Assembly (NCBI GenBank): GCA_902609185.1
Contig: CACLQX010000001.1
Location: 2,825 to 66,824 of the forward strand
Length of the DNA: 64,000 bases
DNA from: an uncultured Bacteroidota bacterium
GTDB taxonomy: Bacteria > Bacteroidota > Bacteroidia > Flavobacteriales > Flavobacteriaceae
Direction of reading: 5' to 3'
Position 1 is the first letter of the stretch. Every line of letters begins with the position of its first letter. A program made the position numbers and the translations under genes. The notes under the pieces were generated by a model. It saw nothing but the letters and a program-made list of their open reading frames with translations, ran no database searches and was not told the origin of the DNA. This document shows positions 17,431 to 28,179 of the stretch, piece by piece.

Positions 17431-19673
17431 ATTAGGTTTAAAGCTGATCCTTCTTTATACCATTCTATTTGCTGATCATTGTAAGTATGATTGGTTTTTA
17501 TAATATCCACTTTTCCATTTCTGTGTAGAAGTTCAATCGTAATTTGTTTACTTGGTGAGAAATCTTTTAAATCTACAAAATTAAAAGTATCGTCCTCCTG
17601 AACTAAGTCATAATCATTTTCATTGTCAAAAGTAAGAGCTAGCATACCTTGTTTTTTTAGGTTCGTTTCATGAATTCTAGCAAAGGATTTCACAATTACA
17701 ACTTTTACACCTAAATGACGAGGTTCCATTGCAGCATGTTCCCTCGAGGAACCTTCACCATAATTATGATCGCCAACAACTACAGTATCAATATTATTTT
17801 TTTTGTATTCTCTTTGAATATCTGGAACACTTCCATATTCTGAATCTATTTGATTCTTAATTAAGTTGGTTTTTTTATTGAAAGCATTTACTGCACCGAT
17901 AAGACAATTATTCGATATATTATCCAAATGGCCTCTGTACCTCAACCATGGACCTGCCATTGAAATATGATCTGTTGTGCATTTACCAAAGGCTTTAATT
18001 AATAGTTTTGCTCCCAAAATATTTTTTCCATCCCAGGGTTGAAATGGCGTTAATTTTTCGAGTCTCTTAGAATCAGGATTTATAACAACCTCAACATTTG
18101 ATCCATCCTCCATAGGTTCTATATATCCATTATCATCAACATCAAACCCATCAGGCGGCAGCTCCCATCCCTTTGGTTCGTCAAGCATTACTTCCTCTCC
18201 TTTATCATTGGTCAAAACATCACTTTGTGGGTTGAAAGCTAAATCTCCAGATATAGCAATCGCAGCAACAACTTCGGGTGATGCTACAAATGCGTGAGTG
18301 TTAGGATTCCCATCTGCTCTTTTAGCAAAATTTCTGTTGAAAGAGTGAATAATTGAGTTTTTTTCCTCTTTCTCTGCTCCCTTCCTTGCCCATTGGCCAA
18401 TACAAGGACCACATGCATTGGTAAAAATTTTAGCATCTAGTTTCTCGAAGATTTCTAAAAAACCGTCCCTTTCAGCGGTGAATCTTACTTGTTCTGATCC
18501 TGGGTTAATTCCAAAAAAAGCTTTTGTGGACAGGTTTTTATTTACGGCTTGATTTGCAATGGATGATGCCCTTGATAAATCCTCATAGGATGAATTTGTA
18601 CATGACCCAATTAATCCCCAATCTATTTTTCGAGGCCAATCATTTTCTTTCAAAGTATCTTTCATTTTACTGATTGGTGTAGCGATATCAGGTGAGAAAG
18701 GACCATTTATATGTGGTTCCAGTTCAGATAAATTTATTTCTATAACTTGATCAAAATATTTCTCAGGATTTTCATAAACTTCTGGATCACCTGTCAAATA
18801 ATCTTTTATACTATTTGCTTCATCAGCAATTTCACTTCGCCACGTAGCTCTCAAATACTTTTCCATTGAGTTATCATACCCAAAGGTTGATGTAGTAGCC
18901 CCAACTTCAGCACCCATATTACAAATAGTACCTTTGCCTGTACATGATAAATTTTCTGCTCCTGATCCAAAATATTCAATTATTGCACCTGTTCCGCCTT
19001 TAACTGTTAGTATTCCAGCAACTTTCAAAATAACATCTTTTGCCGAGGTCCATCCAGAGAGTTTTCCAGTAAGTTTCACACCGATTAGCTTTGGAAATTT
19101 TAATTCCCAAGCCATTCCAGCCATAACATCAACTGCATCAGCGCCTCCAACTCCTATTGCAACCATACCAAGTCCACCAGCATTTACAGTGTGGGAATCT
19201 GTACCAATCATCATACCGCCCGGAAATGCATAATTTTCAAGTACAACTTGATGAATGATTCCAGCACCTGGTTTCCAAAAACCAATACCATACTTATTAG
19301 AAACTGATTCTAAAAAATTAAAAACCTCATTACTTGTATTGATCGCTTGTTGTAAATCAGTACTAGCCCCAATTTTTGCTTGAATTAAGTGGTCACAATG
19401 TACTGTAGTTGGTACTGCAACTTTCTTTTTTCCTGCTTGCATGAACTGTAACAAAGCCATCTGGGCAGTAGCATCTTGGCAAGCAATTCGGTCAGGTGCG
19501 AAATCTACATAATCAACTCCTCTTTTAAATGGTTTTTCAATTTTCGACCACAAATGAGAATAAAGAATTTTTTCAGAAAGGGTAAATGGATGTTTACATA
19601 CAGATTGAGCGTGATCAACTTTTTCTCTGATGGAGGAATATATTTTTTTAATCATTTCTAAATCAAACACCAT
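17415..19673 (-). CDS. acnA: Aconitate hydratase (about 750-aa mitochondrial-like type)
   Basis: 752 aa with [34 protein letters not shown] and [10 protein letters not shown], which are the Fe-S cluster and substrate motifs of aconitase. Confidence 0.95.
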   Translation of the reverse strand: MVFDLEMIKKIYSSIREKVDHAQSVCKHPFTLSEKILYSHLWSKIEKPFKRGVDYVDFAPDRIACQDATAQMALLQFMQAGKKKVAVPTTVHCDHLIQAKIGASTDLQQAINTSNEVFNFLESVSNKYGIGFWKPGAGIIHQVVLENYAFPGGMMIGTDSHTVNAGGLGMVAIGVGGADAVDVMAGMAWELKFPKLIGVKLTGKLSGWTSAKDVILKVAGILTVKGGTGAIIEYFGSGAENLSCTGKGTICNMGAEVGATTSTFGYDNSMEKYLRATWRSEIADEANSIKDYLTGDPEVYENPEKYFDQVIEINLSELEPHINGPFSPDIATPISKMKDTLKENDWPRKIDWGLIGSCTNSSYEDLSRASSIANQAVNKNLSTKAFFGINPGSEQVRFTAERDGFLEIFEKLDAKIFTNACGPCIGQWARKGAEKEEKNSIIHSFNRNFAKRADGNPNTHAFVASPEVVAAIAISGDLAFNPQSDVLTNDKGEEVMLDEPKGWELPPDGFDVDDNGYIEPMEDGSNVEVVINPDSKRLEKLTPFQPWDGKNILGAKLLIKAFGKCTTDHISMAGPWLRYRGHLDNISNNCLIGAVNAFNKKTNLIKNQIDSEYGSVPDIQREYKKNNIDTVVVGDHNYGEGSSREHAAMEPRHLGVKVVIVKSFARIHETNLKKQGMLALTFDNENDYDLVQEDDTFNFVDLKDFSPSKQITIELLHRNGKVDIIKTNHTYNDQQIEWYKEGSALNLIKKGV

Positions 19674-19689
19674 AAAAATTTATTTATTA

Positions 19690-19697
19690 CAAAATTA
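19690..19697 (-). promoter_or_regulatory. -7 box TAATTTTG (minus strand) upstream of aconitase
   Basis: Exact TAnnTTTG on the minus strand, 16 nt upstream of the ATG (19673). No clear -33 TTG. Confidence 0.3.
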
Positions 19698-19781
19698 CTA
19701 AAGACTAGGCTCTCTTCATAATAATATTAAACATTTGATACAAAACAAGAATTCCCAATTTTAATATCCAGAGCCTAAACT

Positions 19782-21779
19782 CTATTTCTTCACAGAATGT
19801 TTGTCAAACCAAGCATTGATGTAGCCATGAGTTCTTAAAAAGTTTGAGGGTTTACTACTTGTTCCGTGATATTCATCATTAAACCTTATCATTACTGTGG
19901 GCACTTTATTCATTTTTAATGCTTGATAATATTCCTCAGTTTGAGAAATTGGAGTTCTTAAATCCTCCTCTCCACACATTAACATTGTCGGAGTTTTAAC
20001 ATTACCAACATACATCAAAGGTGATCTTTTTATGTGCTCACTAGGGTCTTCCCAAGGATATTTTTCAAAATTATAATACCACACCGCACCGTCAGTGGTT
20101 CCCACAAAAGAAAACCAATTTGTAACTGGATAATTAACCGAAGCTGCAGCAAAACGATCAGTCTTTCCAACTATCCAACTCGTTAAAACTCCACCACCAC
20201 TTCCACCGTATACATACATTCTGTCCTCATCAATATATCCTCTTGAAATAACTTCATCTACACCATACATAATATCATCATAATCATTTCCTGGATAGGC
20301 ATTTTGGATTGCATTAGCAAAGTCATAACCATATCCAGTAGATCCTCTTGGGTTAGTGTATAATACAACCTGTTCTTGAGCTGCATGTAGTTGGAAATTA
20401 TAGTTGAATCCGACATGATACATGCTGTGAGGACCTCCGTGAATTCGCAAAACTAGAGGATATTTTTTATTTGAATCAAAGTTTGGGGGTTTTACAATCC
20501 ACCCTTGTACATTTTCACCATCTATTGACTTGTAGGTCAACTCTTCCACTTCTCCTAACTCTACGTTGTAAAATATATCCTTGTTCACATCAGTTAGGCG
20601 ATTCATTTGATTTGGTTTATCTAGTGAAAAGCTGACAATATCACTTGGGTTTGATGGATCAGTCCATGTTGCTACTACATTACTCCCAGCTAAATCATTC
20701 ATTGTTAACATGTGATTGCCATTTGTAATTTTTTTTACCCTTCCCTTCATGTCTGCTTTATATACGTTACTCTGTCCAAATTCTCTTACATTGAAGTAAA
20801 CAGCAGAACTATTTTTTCCCCACATTGCTCCACTTGGTGTTTGATCTAAGTCATTACTAATGCACTTAAGATTTTTGCCATCAATATCCATAACATACAT
20901 TTTACGATCTTGATAGAAATTCTTGGTCCATGTAGAACCTAAAAAAGCGATCTTAGATCCATCAGGGGAGACACTTGGTGAAGACTCAGTTCCATCTCTG
21001 GTTGTTAGTTCGCTTATGTTTAGGTCATTTATATTAACAGAGTATAAATTTGAATGTCCTCTTGCATATTCGGCATCTTCCTTTTGATAGCTACTAAATA
21101 CAATTGTTTCGCTATCCCTTAACCATGAAATTCCACCAGAAATATCATCAAACTCTCCAAATGTAATTTGTCTTGATGTTCCACCATCAGATGGTACAAT
21201 GAATAGCTGACGAAAACCTCTGTCAAGAAAACCAACACGATCTTGGCTGTAATCTACTTGGTCAATTACTTGAGGTCCATTAGTCCAAGTTGCTCCATTA
21301 GGTCTTTTTGGAACATCTAAAGGTTTTAATGCTGGGTCACTGGGTACATGCATTATGAAGGCAATGTATTTCCCATCAGGAGACCATTCCATACTTGAGG
21401 GTGATTTATCTAGTTTTGTTATTTGAGTAGGCTCCCCTTCAACTCCTAAATATTTTACAAAGATTTGTGTTCCGTTTGGTTCACCATCTTTAGTGAATGC
21501 TACCCTTTTTCCATCTGGTGACCATTTGCCATTAGATCCATTTAGGAAAAACCTGTTAGTGGTACCATTTTTATCCATAATCCATAAATCAGTCTCTCTT
21601 TTATCATCAACTAAGTTTATCCAAGACCTTGAATAGAGAACCTGTTCACCATTGGGTGATAGAGATGGGTTTGATGTCCATTCATAATTTTTGTAATGTT
21701 CAAGTGATAGTTTTATTTTATCTTGAGCGTAGTTGAAGATTAGAAAAAAAATAAATATAAATGATAATGTATGTTTCAT
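19782..21779 (-). CDS. S9 family serine peptidase with N-terminal TolB-like beta-propeller
   Basis: 665 aa with a signal peptide. Repeated SPDG/WSPDGK propeller blades. The C-terminal alpha/beta hydrolase domain carries the nucleophile motif YGGSGGG, then GEEDLRTP and DEYHG (Ser-Asp-His). Confidence 0.9.
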   Translation of the reverse strand: MKHTLSFIFIFFLIFNYAQDKIKLSLEHYKNYEWTSNPSLSPNGEQVLYSRSWINLVDDKRETDLWIMDKNGTTNRFFLNGSNGKWSPDGKRVAFTKDGEPNGTQIFVKYLGVEGEPTQITKLDKSPSSMEWSPDGKYIAFIMHVPSDPALKPLDVPKRPNGATWTNGPQVIDQVDYSQDRVGFLDRGFRQLFIVPSDGGTSRQITFGEFDDISGGISWLRDSETIVFSSYQKEDAEYARGHSNLYSVNINDLNISELTTRDGTESSPSVSPDGSKIAFLGSTWTKNFYQDRKMYVMDIDGKNLKCISNDLDQTPSGAMWGKNSSAVYFNVREFGQSNVYKADMKGRVKKITNGNHMLTMNDLAGSNVVATWTDPSNPSDIVSFSLDKPNQMNRLTDVNKDIFYNVELGEVEELTYKSIDGENVQGWIVKPPNFDSNKKYPLVLRIHGGPHSMYHVGFNYNFQLHAAQEQVVLYTNPRGSTGYGYDFANAIQNAYPGNDYDDIMYGVDEVISRGYIDEDRMYVYGGSGGGVLTSWIVGKTDRFAAASVNYPVTNWFSFVGTTDGAVWYYNFEKYPWEDPSEHIKRSPLMYVGNVKTPTMLMCGEEDLRTPISQTEEYYQALKMNKVPTVMIRFNDEYHGTSSKPSNFLRTHGYINAWFDKHSVKK

Positions 21780-21810
21780 AGTTTATAAACTTTATTATGT
21801 AAAAATAAAA

Positions 21811-21842
21811 AAACGGTTTACTATATAATAGTATAACCGTTT
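21811..21842 (-). terminator. Intrinsic terminator downstream of tRNA-fMet
   Basis: The 8-bp stem AAACGGTT/AACCGTTT has a 16-nt loop. On the minus strand it is followed by TTTTTATTTTT. Confidence 0.5.
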
Positions 21843-21850
21843 TATTGTTT

Positions 21851-21926
<76 letters not shown>

Positions 21927-21972
21927 AAATGGAGGACGAATTTACAATTTTTTGATTTTATAACAAAAAATC

Positions 21973-22002
21973 TTGAGTATTACCCTTAAGAAGTTAAATT
22001 TG
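21973..22002 (+). promoter_or_regulatory. Canonical Bacteroidetes promoter TTG-N19-TAAATTTG in front of era
   Basis: TTG lies at 21973-21975, followed by an exact 19-nt spacer and TAAATTTG at 21995-22002. The motif ends 4 nt before the era GTG (22007). Confidence 0.45.
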
Positions 22003-22006
22003 CCAC

Positions 22007-22882
22007 GTGTTTAAATCAGGTTTCGTAAATATTATTGGGTATCCAAATGCTGGTAAGTCAACATTGATAAATTCACTTTTGAATGATAAATTATCAATTA
22101 TAACAGAGAAAGCTCAAACAACTAGACATAAGATAATTGGGATTGAAAGTACTAATAATTATCAATTAATATTCACTGATAATCCAGGTTTTACAAAACC
22201 TTCTAATATTATTCATGAATACATGAACAAAAAGGTAAAAGAATCAATAATAGATGGTGATATTATATTATACGTCGTCGATTTGAGTTCAAAGTCCATT
22301 GAATATGGTGATTTAAATGAAAAATTGAAAAAAATCAAGGTTCCTTTGATTATAGTTTTAAATAAAATTGATAAAGTGGACCAACAAATTTTGGAAAATA
22401 TTTCATCAAAATGGAAAACAGAATTTAATAATGCGGAGATCTGGACAACTTCAGCATTAAATAAATTTAATGTAGAAAATCTGAAAGAAAGAATTATAGA
22501 ATTACTTCCAGAGGGTCCAAAATATTTCCCTGATGATCAATGGACTGATAAATCTGAGCGATTTTTTGTAAATGAGATCATTAGAGAAAAAATATTCAAT
22601 TATTACAAGGAAGAAATTCCCTATTCATCTGAGGTTGTTACAGAAAAGTTCAAATATAGAAACAAAGTTTTTAGGATAAGTAGTTCAATAATTGTTGAAA
22701 GAAATTCTCAGAAAGCAATAATTATTGGAAATAAAGGTTCTTCTTTAAAAAAAGTAGCATCACAATCTAGAACTGATCTTGAAAAATTCTTTAATCAAAA
22801 AGTTTATTTAGAGATAAATGTGAAAGTTGTCAAAGATTGGAGAAAGAAATCACAACAGCTTAAAAATTTTGGCTATAATTAA
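22007..22882 (+). CDS. era: GTPase Era
   Basis: 291 aa with a GTG start. G1 motif GYPNAGKST, DNPG, NKID and a C-terminal KH domain (IIGNKGSSLKKV). Confidence 0.95.
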   Translation: MFKSGFVNIIGYPNAGKSTLINSLLNDKLSIITEKAQTTRHKIIGIESTNNYQLIFTDNPGFTKPSNIIHEYMNKKVKESIIDGDIILYVVDLSSKSIEYGDLNEKLKKIKVPLIIVLNKIDKVDQQILENISSKWKTEFNNAEIWTTSALNKFNVENLKERIIELLPEGPKYFPDDQWTDKSERFFVNEIIREKIFNYYKEEIPYSSEVVTEKFKYRNKVFRISSSIIVERNSQKAIIIGNKGSSLKKVASQSRTDLEKFFNQKVYLEINVKVVKDWRKKSQQLKNFGYN

Positions 22883-22884
22883 AG

Positions 22885-24189
22885 ATGAATAAAATTGTTG
22901 CAATAGTAGGAAGACCTAACGTTGGAAAATCAACATTATTCAATCGTTTAGCAAAAAAAAATCAAGCGATTGTTGATTCTCATAGTGGGGTAACAAGGGA
23001 TCGCCATTACTCAATATCTGATTGGAATGGAAAAACATTTACGATTATAGATACTGGTGGGTATGTTAAGGGTGGAAGTGACAGTTATGAAAAAGAGATC
23101 GACAATCAAGTAATGATTGCTATTGAGGAGTGTGATTCAGTAATTTTTGTTGTTGATGTTTTGGACGGGATTAACTCTTCCGACAGGGATATTGCAAAAA
23201 TTTTACACAGAACAAGTAAAAGTGTTTTTTTGGTGGTCAATAAAGTTGATAAAAATACTATGATCAAAGATTCATTAGAATTTTATTCACTAGGTTTTGA
23301 AAAAATTTATTCAGTTTCTGCCATAAATGGACTTGGGACTGGTGACTTTTTAGACGAACTGGTTAAAAACTTTAATCCTGACTTTGAACAACCCAATCTT
23401 GAAATACCATCATTTGCTGTTGTTGGCAGACCAAATGCAGGTAAATCGTCTTTTATCAACTCATTAATTGGAGAGGAAAGAAATATTGTAAAAGATGAGC
23501 CAGGAACAACAAGAGATAGTATCGATACACGATATAATAAATTTGGATTTGACTTTAATCTTGTTGATACAGCAGGAATAAGAAAAAAATCTAAGATTAA
23601 TAATGATCTTGAGTTTTACTCAGTTGTGAGATCAATTAAGTCAATTGAAAAAAGCGATGTAAGTCTTCTAATGATCGATGCAACAAGAAGTTTTGATAGT
23701 CAAATTAAAAATATTTTTTGGTTGGCCCATCGGAGAAATAAGGGAGTTGTAATTTTAGTAAATAAGTGGGATTTAGTTGACAAAAATAATTTATCAGCAA
23801 AAGATTTTGAAAAGAAAATAAAAGAAGAAATTGAACCATTTGTAGATGTTCCAATAATTTTCATTTCAACTCTAAAAAAACAAAGAATTTTTAAGGCCCT
23901 TGAACTTGCAATCAAAGTCTATGAGAACAGAAAACGAAAGATAAAAACTAGTAAATTAAATGATGATTTATTAGATATTGTTTCTAAAAATCCACCGCCC
24001 TCTATAAAAGGCAAATATGTTAAAATTAAGTTTTGTAATCAATTACCTGGTTATTATCCTCAATTTGTGTTCTATTGTAACTTACCCAAGTATGTCAAAG
24101 AACCTTATAAAAGATTTATAGAAAATAAAATTAGGAGTATATATAATTTTGAGGGTGTTCCAATCACAATATATTTTAGAAAGAAATAA
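22885..24189 (+). CDS. der: Ribosome-associated GTPase Der (EngA)
   Basis: 434 aa with two tandem GTPase domains (GRPNVGKSTLFN / GRPNAGKSSFIN; DTGG / DTAG; NKVD / NKWD). Confidence 0.95.
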   Translation: MNKIVAIVGRPNVGKSTLFNRLAKKNQAIVDSHSGVTRDRHYSISDWNGKTFTIIDTGGYVKGGSDSYEKEIDNQVMIAIEECDSVIFVVDVLDGINSSDRDIAKILHRTSKSVFLVVNKVDKNTMIKDSLEFYSLGFEKIYSVSAINGLGTGDFLDELVKNFNPDFEQPNLEIPSFAVVGRPNAGKSSFINSLIGEERNIVKDEPGTTRDSIDTRYNKFGFDFNLVDTAGIRKKSKINNDLEFYSVVRSIKSIEKSDVSLLMIDATRSFDSQIKNIFWLAHRRNKGVVILVNKWDLVDKNNLSAKDFEKKIKEEIEPFVDVPIIFISTLKKQRIFKALELAIKVYENRKRKIKTSKLNDDLLDIVSKNPPPSIKGKYVKIKFCNQLPGYYPQFVFYCNLPKYVKEPYKRFIENKIRSIYNFEGVPITIYFRKK

Positions 24190-24507
24190 TTACAGCTCTT
24201 TTCTAATACCCTCTAATGTGTTTTTTAATTTTTCAAGCTTTCTTAAAACGTTTATTTTATCAGAATCATATTTGATTTTTTCTTTTGCACCATCAATGGT
24301 AAATCCTCTTTTTTTTATTAAACTGTAAATTAAAACTATATTTTCAATATCTACTTTACTATACCTTCGTGTTCCTTTGAGATTTTTTTTTGGTTTTAAC
24401 AATTCGAATTCTTTTTCCCAAAATCTCAATAATGATGTTCTTACATTAAAAGCTTTTGCTATTTCACCTATGCTGTAATACAACTTTTCAGGTAAATCTA
24501 AATTCAT
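24190..24507 (-). CDS. MerR-family HTH transcriptional regulator (short, no sensor domain)
   Basis: 105 aa. YSIGEIAKAFNVRTSLLRFWEKEF is a MerR-type HTH. Its stop codon abuts the der stop. Confidence 0.8.
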   Translation of the reverse strand: MNLDLPEKLYYSIGEIAKAFNVRTSLLRFWEKEFELLKPKKNLKGTRRYSKVDIENIVLIYSLIKKRGFTIDGAKEKIKYDSDKINVLRKLEKLKNTLEGIRKEL

Positions 24508-24508
24508 A

Positions 24509-25486
24509 TTAGTCTAAAGATTGATTCTCTTGGCTTGCTATTTTTAAAATTTCATCAAACTCGTCAGCTGTCAGATTACCATAAAAATAATTTACCGGGT
24601 CAACTCTTCTACCATCTTTTAATACTTCATAGTGTAAATGAAATCCCTTTGATCTTCCAGTATTTCCAACATATCCTATTACATCACCCTTATTAACTTT
24701 TTGACCTCTTTTTACATTATATGAATTTAAGTGTGCATAAATTGTAGAATACCCATAACCGTGATTTATTCTAATGTGTTTTCCATAGCCTGATGATCTA
24801 CTGTCTGCACGAGTGATTGTGCCGTTAGATGCTGCATAGACAGGTGTATTTCTTGGTGCGGAAAAATCAAGACCTTGATGCATTTTACGAGACTTATCAA
24901 ATGGGTCAGTTCTCATACCGAAACCTGATGCAATTCTAGTCAAATCATCGTTTCTTAAGGGTTGAATTGAAGGTATTGCAGCAAGCATTTCTTGTTTATC
25001 TTTTACAAGTTTTTCAATCTCATCAAGAGATTTGGATTGAATTACTAGTTGTTTTGTTAAAACTTCAAGCTTTTTGGTTGTTTCAATTATAATATCAGAG
25101 TTTTCATAACCCTCAAGTTCAGAATATCGATTCACACCACCAAAACCTGCTTTTCTAATATCTTCGTCAATTGGGTTTACTTCAAATAAAACTCTATATA
25201 TGTTATTATCTCTTTCCTCTATATTATTAAGAACTATCTCAAGTTGTTCTAATTTTTTATTTAAAATTCCAATTTGAATTTCATAATTTTTTAGCTCTCT
25301 AGATTGTGAAAGTTCAGTAGGGGTATTGATTGCAGGTGTATTAATAATTATAAGAAGAGTAATAGTACCAAAAAAAAATGATGCAAGAGAAAAAGATAGT
25401 ACACTCAAAAACCTATCCTTCTTGGATGTAGTAATCTTCTTGTAAGACAATGATTCTTTGTCGTAATAATATTTTGACTTACCCAT
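24509..25486 (-). CDS. M23 family metallopeptidase with N-terminal TM and coiled coil (EnvC-like layout)
   Basis: 325 aa with HQGLDFSAP, TIYAHL and GNTGRSKGFHLHYEV (LytM/M23 zinc ligands). Confidence 0.9.
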   Translation of the reverse strand: MGKSKYYYDKESLSYKKITTSKKDRFLSVLSFSLASFFFGTITLLIIINTPAINTPTELSQSRELKNYEIQIGILNKKLEQLEIVLNNIEERDNNIYRVLFEVNPIDEDIRKAGFGGVNRYSELEGYENSDIIIETTKKLEVLTKQLVIQSKSLDEIEKLVKDKQEMLAAIPSIQPLRNDDLTRIASGFGMRTDPFDKSRKMHQGLDFSAPRNTPVYAASNGTITRADSRSSGYGKHIRINHGYGYSTIYAHLNSYNVKRGQKVNKGDVIGYVGNTGRSKGFHLHYEVLKDGRRVDPVNYFYGNLTADEFDEILKIASQENQSLD

Positions 25487-25502
25487 AAAAAATTTACTTT
25501 TG
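25474..25502 (+). promoter_or_regulatory. TTG-N18-TACTTTTG promoter candidate for alaS
   Basis: TTG at 25474-25476 and TACTTTTG at 25495-25502, about 68 nt upstream of the alaS ATG. The -33 element lies inside the first codons of the divergent M23 gene. Confidence 0.35.
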
Positions 25503-25569
25503 GTTGAGTACTAGATATTTATTTTTTTACTTTGTAAATATAAAAATTCTATTTATTAAGAACACCTAA

Positions 25570-28179
25570 ATGAAAGCATCTGAAATAAGAGAGAAATTTA
25601 TCAAGTTTTTTAAAGATAAGGATCACTCAGTTGTTCCATCTTCTACAATTGTAGCAAAAAACGATCCAAGTCTAATGTTTACAAATGCTGGTATGAATCA
25701 ATTCAAAAGTATTTTTCTCGGTGATAAATCAAATAACACTTTAAAAAGAGTGGTGAATTCACAAAAGTGCTTGAGGGTTTCGGGAAAACACAATGATCTC
25801 GAAGAAGTTGGTGTTGATCACTACCACCATACAATGTTTGAAATGTTAGGTAACTGGAGTTTTGGAGACTATTTTAAGGAAGAAATTATTAAATGGAGTT
25901 ATGAATTACTTACAAACACCTATGGTTTAAATTCTGATGATTTGTATGTCTCAATTTTTCAGGGAGATAAAAAGGATAAAACATCAAAAGATGATGAAGC
26001 TTTTAAAATATGGTCTGAAATTGTTGGACATGAAAAAATCATTTTGGGAAATAAAAAAGATAATTTTTGGGAGATGGGTGACAGTGGACCGTGTGGACCA
26101 TGTTCAGAAATACACATTGACTTAAGATCTGATTCTGAAAAAGCGAAAATTCCAGCCAAAAATTTGGTAAACATGGATCACCCAAGTGTAATTGAGTTGT
26201 GGAACTTAGTCTTTATTCAATACAACAGATTATCAAATGGAACCTTGATTGAACTTCCAGAAAAACACATCGATACAGGAATGGGGTTTGAAAGACTTGT
26301 CCGAGTAATCCAAAAAAAAGATTCAAATTATGATACAGATATTTTTATGCCATTGATTACCGCTATCGAGGGTATGAGTGATAAAAAATATGGATCAAAT
26401 AAAGAAGTTGATGTGGCTATGAGAGTTATAGCTGACCATGTAAGAGCTGTTTCTTTTTGTATTTGTGACGGACAAATTCCAGGGAATACAGGAGCTGGTT
26501 ACGTAGTGAGAAGAATATTAAGAAGAGCTGTTCGTTATGGGTACACTTTTTTAAAAATAAAAACACCATTTATTCATAATTTAGTTAGTATATTATCTTA
26601 TCAATTTCAAGATTTTTTTCCTGAGTTATCAAAAAATAAAGATTTCATTAAATCCATCATCAATGAGGAAGAGAGCTCTTTTTTGAAAACCCTTTCAGAT
26701 GGAATTTTAAGATTGGATACTATTACAAAAGATTCAAAATCAACAAAGGTTTCCGGAAAGGTAGTATTTGAATTGTATGATACATATGGTTTTCCGTCTG
26801 ATTTAACATCACTTATATTAAGAGAAAAAAATATTACATATGATCATAACGAATATGCTCTGGAACTGGAAAAACAAAAATCAAGATCTAGATCAGTCAC
26901 CGATTTGCAAACCGAAGACTGGAATATTTTAGATAATTCTAATTCTAGTATTTTTTTAGGCTATGATAAAGTATCATTAAAAACTAAGATAAATAAGTAT
27001 AGATCGGTTTCAACTAAGAATAAAAAGTTTATTCAAGTTGTATTAAACGAAACTCCCTTTTATCCTGAAGGTGGTGGACAAATTGGGGATAGGGGATACT
27101 TAGAATCTCAAAATGGGGTAAAAATCAGAGTATTTAATACAAAAAAGGAAAATGATGAAATCATCCATTCTGTTGATGCAAAAGATTTTATTGAAAACTC
27201 CGAAATTAACGCACTAGTTGACATTCAAATGAGAAAAAAATGTTCGTCAAACCATACTGCAACTCACCTTCTTCATCAAGCTCTGAGAGAAATTCTTGGT
27301 AGTCATGTTGAGCAAAAAGGTTCAATGGTTTCAGATAAATATTTAAGATTTGATTTTTCCCATTTTAAAAAAATTGAGCAAAATATATTAAATGAAATAG
27401 AAGAGTTTGTGAATAATAAAATTGACGAATCAATTGAACTCATTGAAAATAGAAATCAGAAATATGATGAAGCTATAAAAGATGGAGTTGTAGCGCTATT
27501 TGGAGAAAAATATGGAAAAGTTGTTCGATCAATAAAATTTGGAAATTCCTATGAGCTATGTGGTGGAACACATGTTCAAAACACCATTCACCTGAGAAAT
27601 TTTGTTATATTATCTGAAAGTTCAATTGCATCAGGAATTAGAAGAATTGAGGCAATTTCTGGCCCTGGAGCTTCAAAGTTTTTGAGGGATAAAAAAACAG
27701 AGCTGAATAATATTTCAGATATTTTATCAAGCAAAACAAACCTCATTGACTCTGTAAAAAATATTAAGGATCAAAACACTCAGATATCAAAAGATTTAAA
27801 ATCAAGCCAAATGAAATTAATTGATTTTTATTCAGATAAGTGGTTGGGCCAAGTTGAAAAAATAAAATCATTTAATTTTTTATTTAAAAAATTGAATTTA
27901 GAACCAAGTTTTGTTAAATCACTGTGTTTAAATCTCAGTAAAATTATAAATGAACATGTTATAATATTAGTGACAGACTCAAATAATAAGTATAATATTT
28001 TTGTATCGGTTTCTAATTTACTAGTTGAGTCTACAGGTTTATCGGCTTCTGTTATTATAAAAAGTATATGTGACTCTATTGATGGTGGTGGAGGTGGTCA
28101 AAGTACATTTGCAGCCGGGTCTGGCCCAAACAAAGCTGATATAGTTAGTGTTATAACAAAGATTAAGGAAAGCCTTTAG
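25570..28179 (+). CDS. alaS: Alanine--tRNA ligase
   Basis: 869 aa with FTNAGMNQFK, HHTMFEMLGNWSFGDYFK, the editing-domain HTATHLL...CGGTH, and a C-terminal DHHA1 GGGGQ motif. Confidence 0.97.
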   Translation: MKASEIREKFIKFFKDKDHSVVPSSTIVAKNDPSLMFTNAGMNQFKSIFLGDKSNNTLKRVVNSQKCLRVSGKHNDLEEVGVDHYHHTMFEMLGNWSFGDYFKEEIIKWSYELLTNTYGLNSDDLYVSIFQGDKKDKTSKDDEAFKIWSEIVGHEKIILGNKKDNFWEMGDSGPCGPCSEIHIDLRSDSEKAKIPAKNLVNMDHPSVIELWNLVFIQYNRLSNGTLIELPEKHIDTGMGFERLVRVIQKKDSNYDTDIFMPLITAIEGMSDKKYGSNKEVDVAMRVIADHVRAVSFCICDGQIPGNTGAGYVVRRILRRAVRYGYTFLKIKTPFIHNLVSILSYQFQDFFPELSKNKDFIKSIINEEESSFLKTLSDGILRLDTITKDSKSTKVSGKVVFELYDTYGFPSDLTSLILREKNITYDHNEYALELEKQKSRSRSVTDLQTEDWNILDNSNSSIFLGYDKVSLKTKINKYRSVSTKNKKFIQVVLNETPFYPEGGGQIGDRGYLESQNGVKIRVFNTKKENDEIIHSVDAKDFIENSEINALVDIQMRKKCSSNHTATHLLHQALREILGSHVEQKGSMVSDKYLRFDFSHFKKIEQNILNEIEEFVNNKIDESIELIENRNQKYDEAIKDGVVALFGEKYGKVVRSIKFGNSYELCGGTHVQNTIHLRNFVILSESSIASGIRRIEAISGPGASKFLRDKKTELNNISDILSSKTNLIDSVKNIKDQNTQISKDLKSSQMKLIDFYSDKWLGQVEKIKSFNFLFKKLNLEPSFVKSLCLNLSKIINEHVIILVTDSNNKYNIFVSVSNLLVESTGLSASVIIKSICDSIDGGGGGQSTFAAGSGPNKADIVSVITKIKESL

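Noticed and set aside
18934-19233. 99-aa + strand ORF inside the aconitase gene. Similar antisense ORFs occur at 19476-19661, 1050-1247, 1695-2096, 2379-2615 and 2703-2891 inside acn and topA.
   Set aside because: They lie entirely antisense to long, motif-rich genes. Their translations are low-complexity (Pro/Ser/Ile-rich) with no motifs. These are shadow ORFs, as expected in AT-rich DNA.
19706-19777. Perfect 8-bp inverted repeat TAGGCTCT ... AGAGCCTA between the peptidase and aconitase genes.
   Set aside because: The arms are separated by a 56-nt AT-rich loop and there is no T-tract. An 8-mer match at this distance is plausibly chance, so it is not convincing as a terminator or operator.
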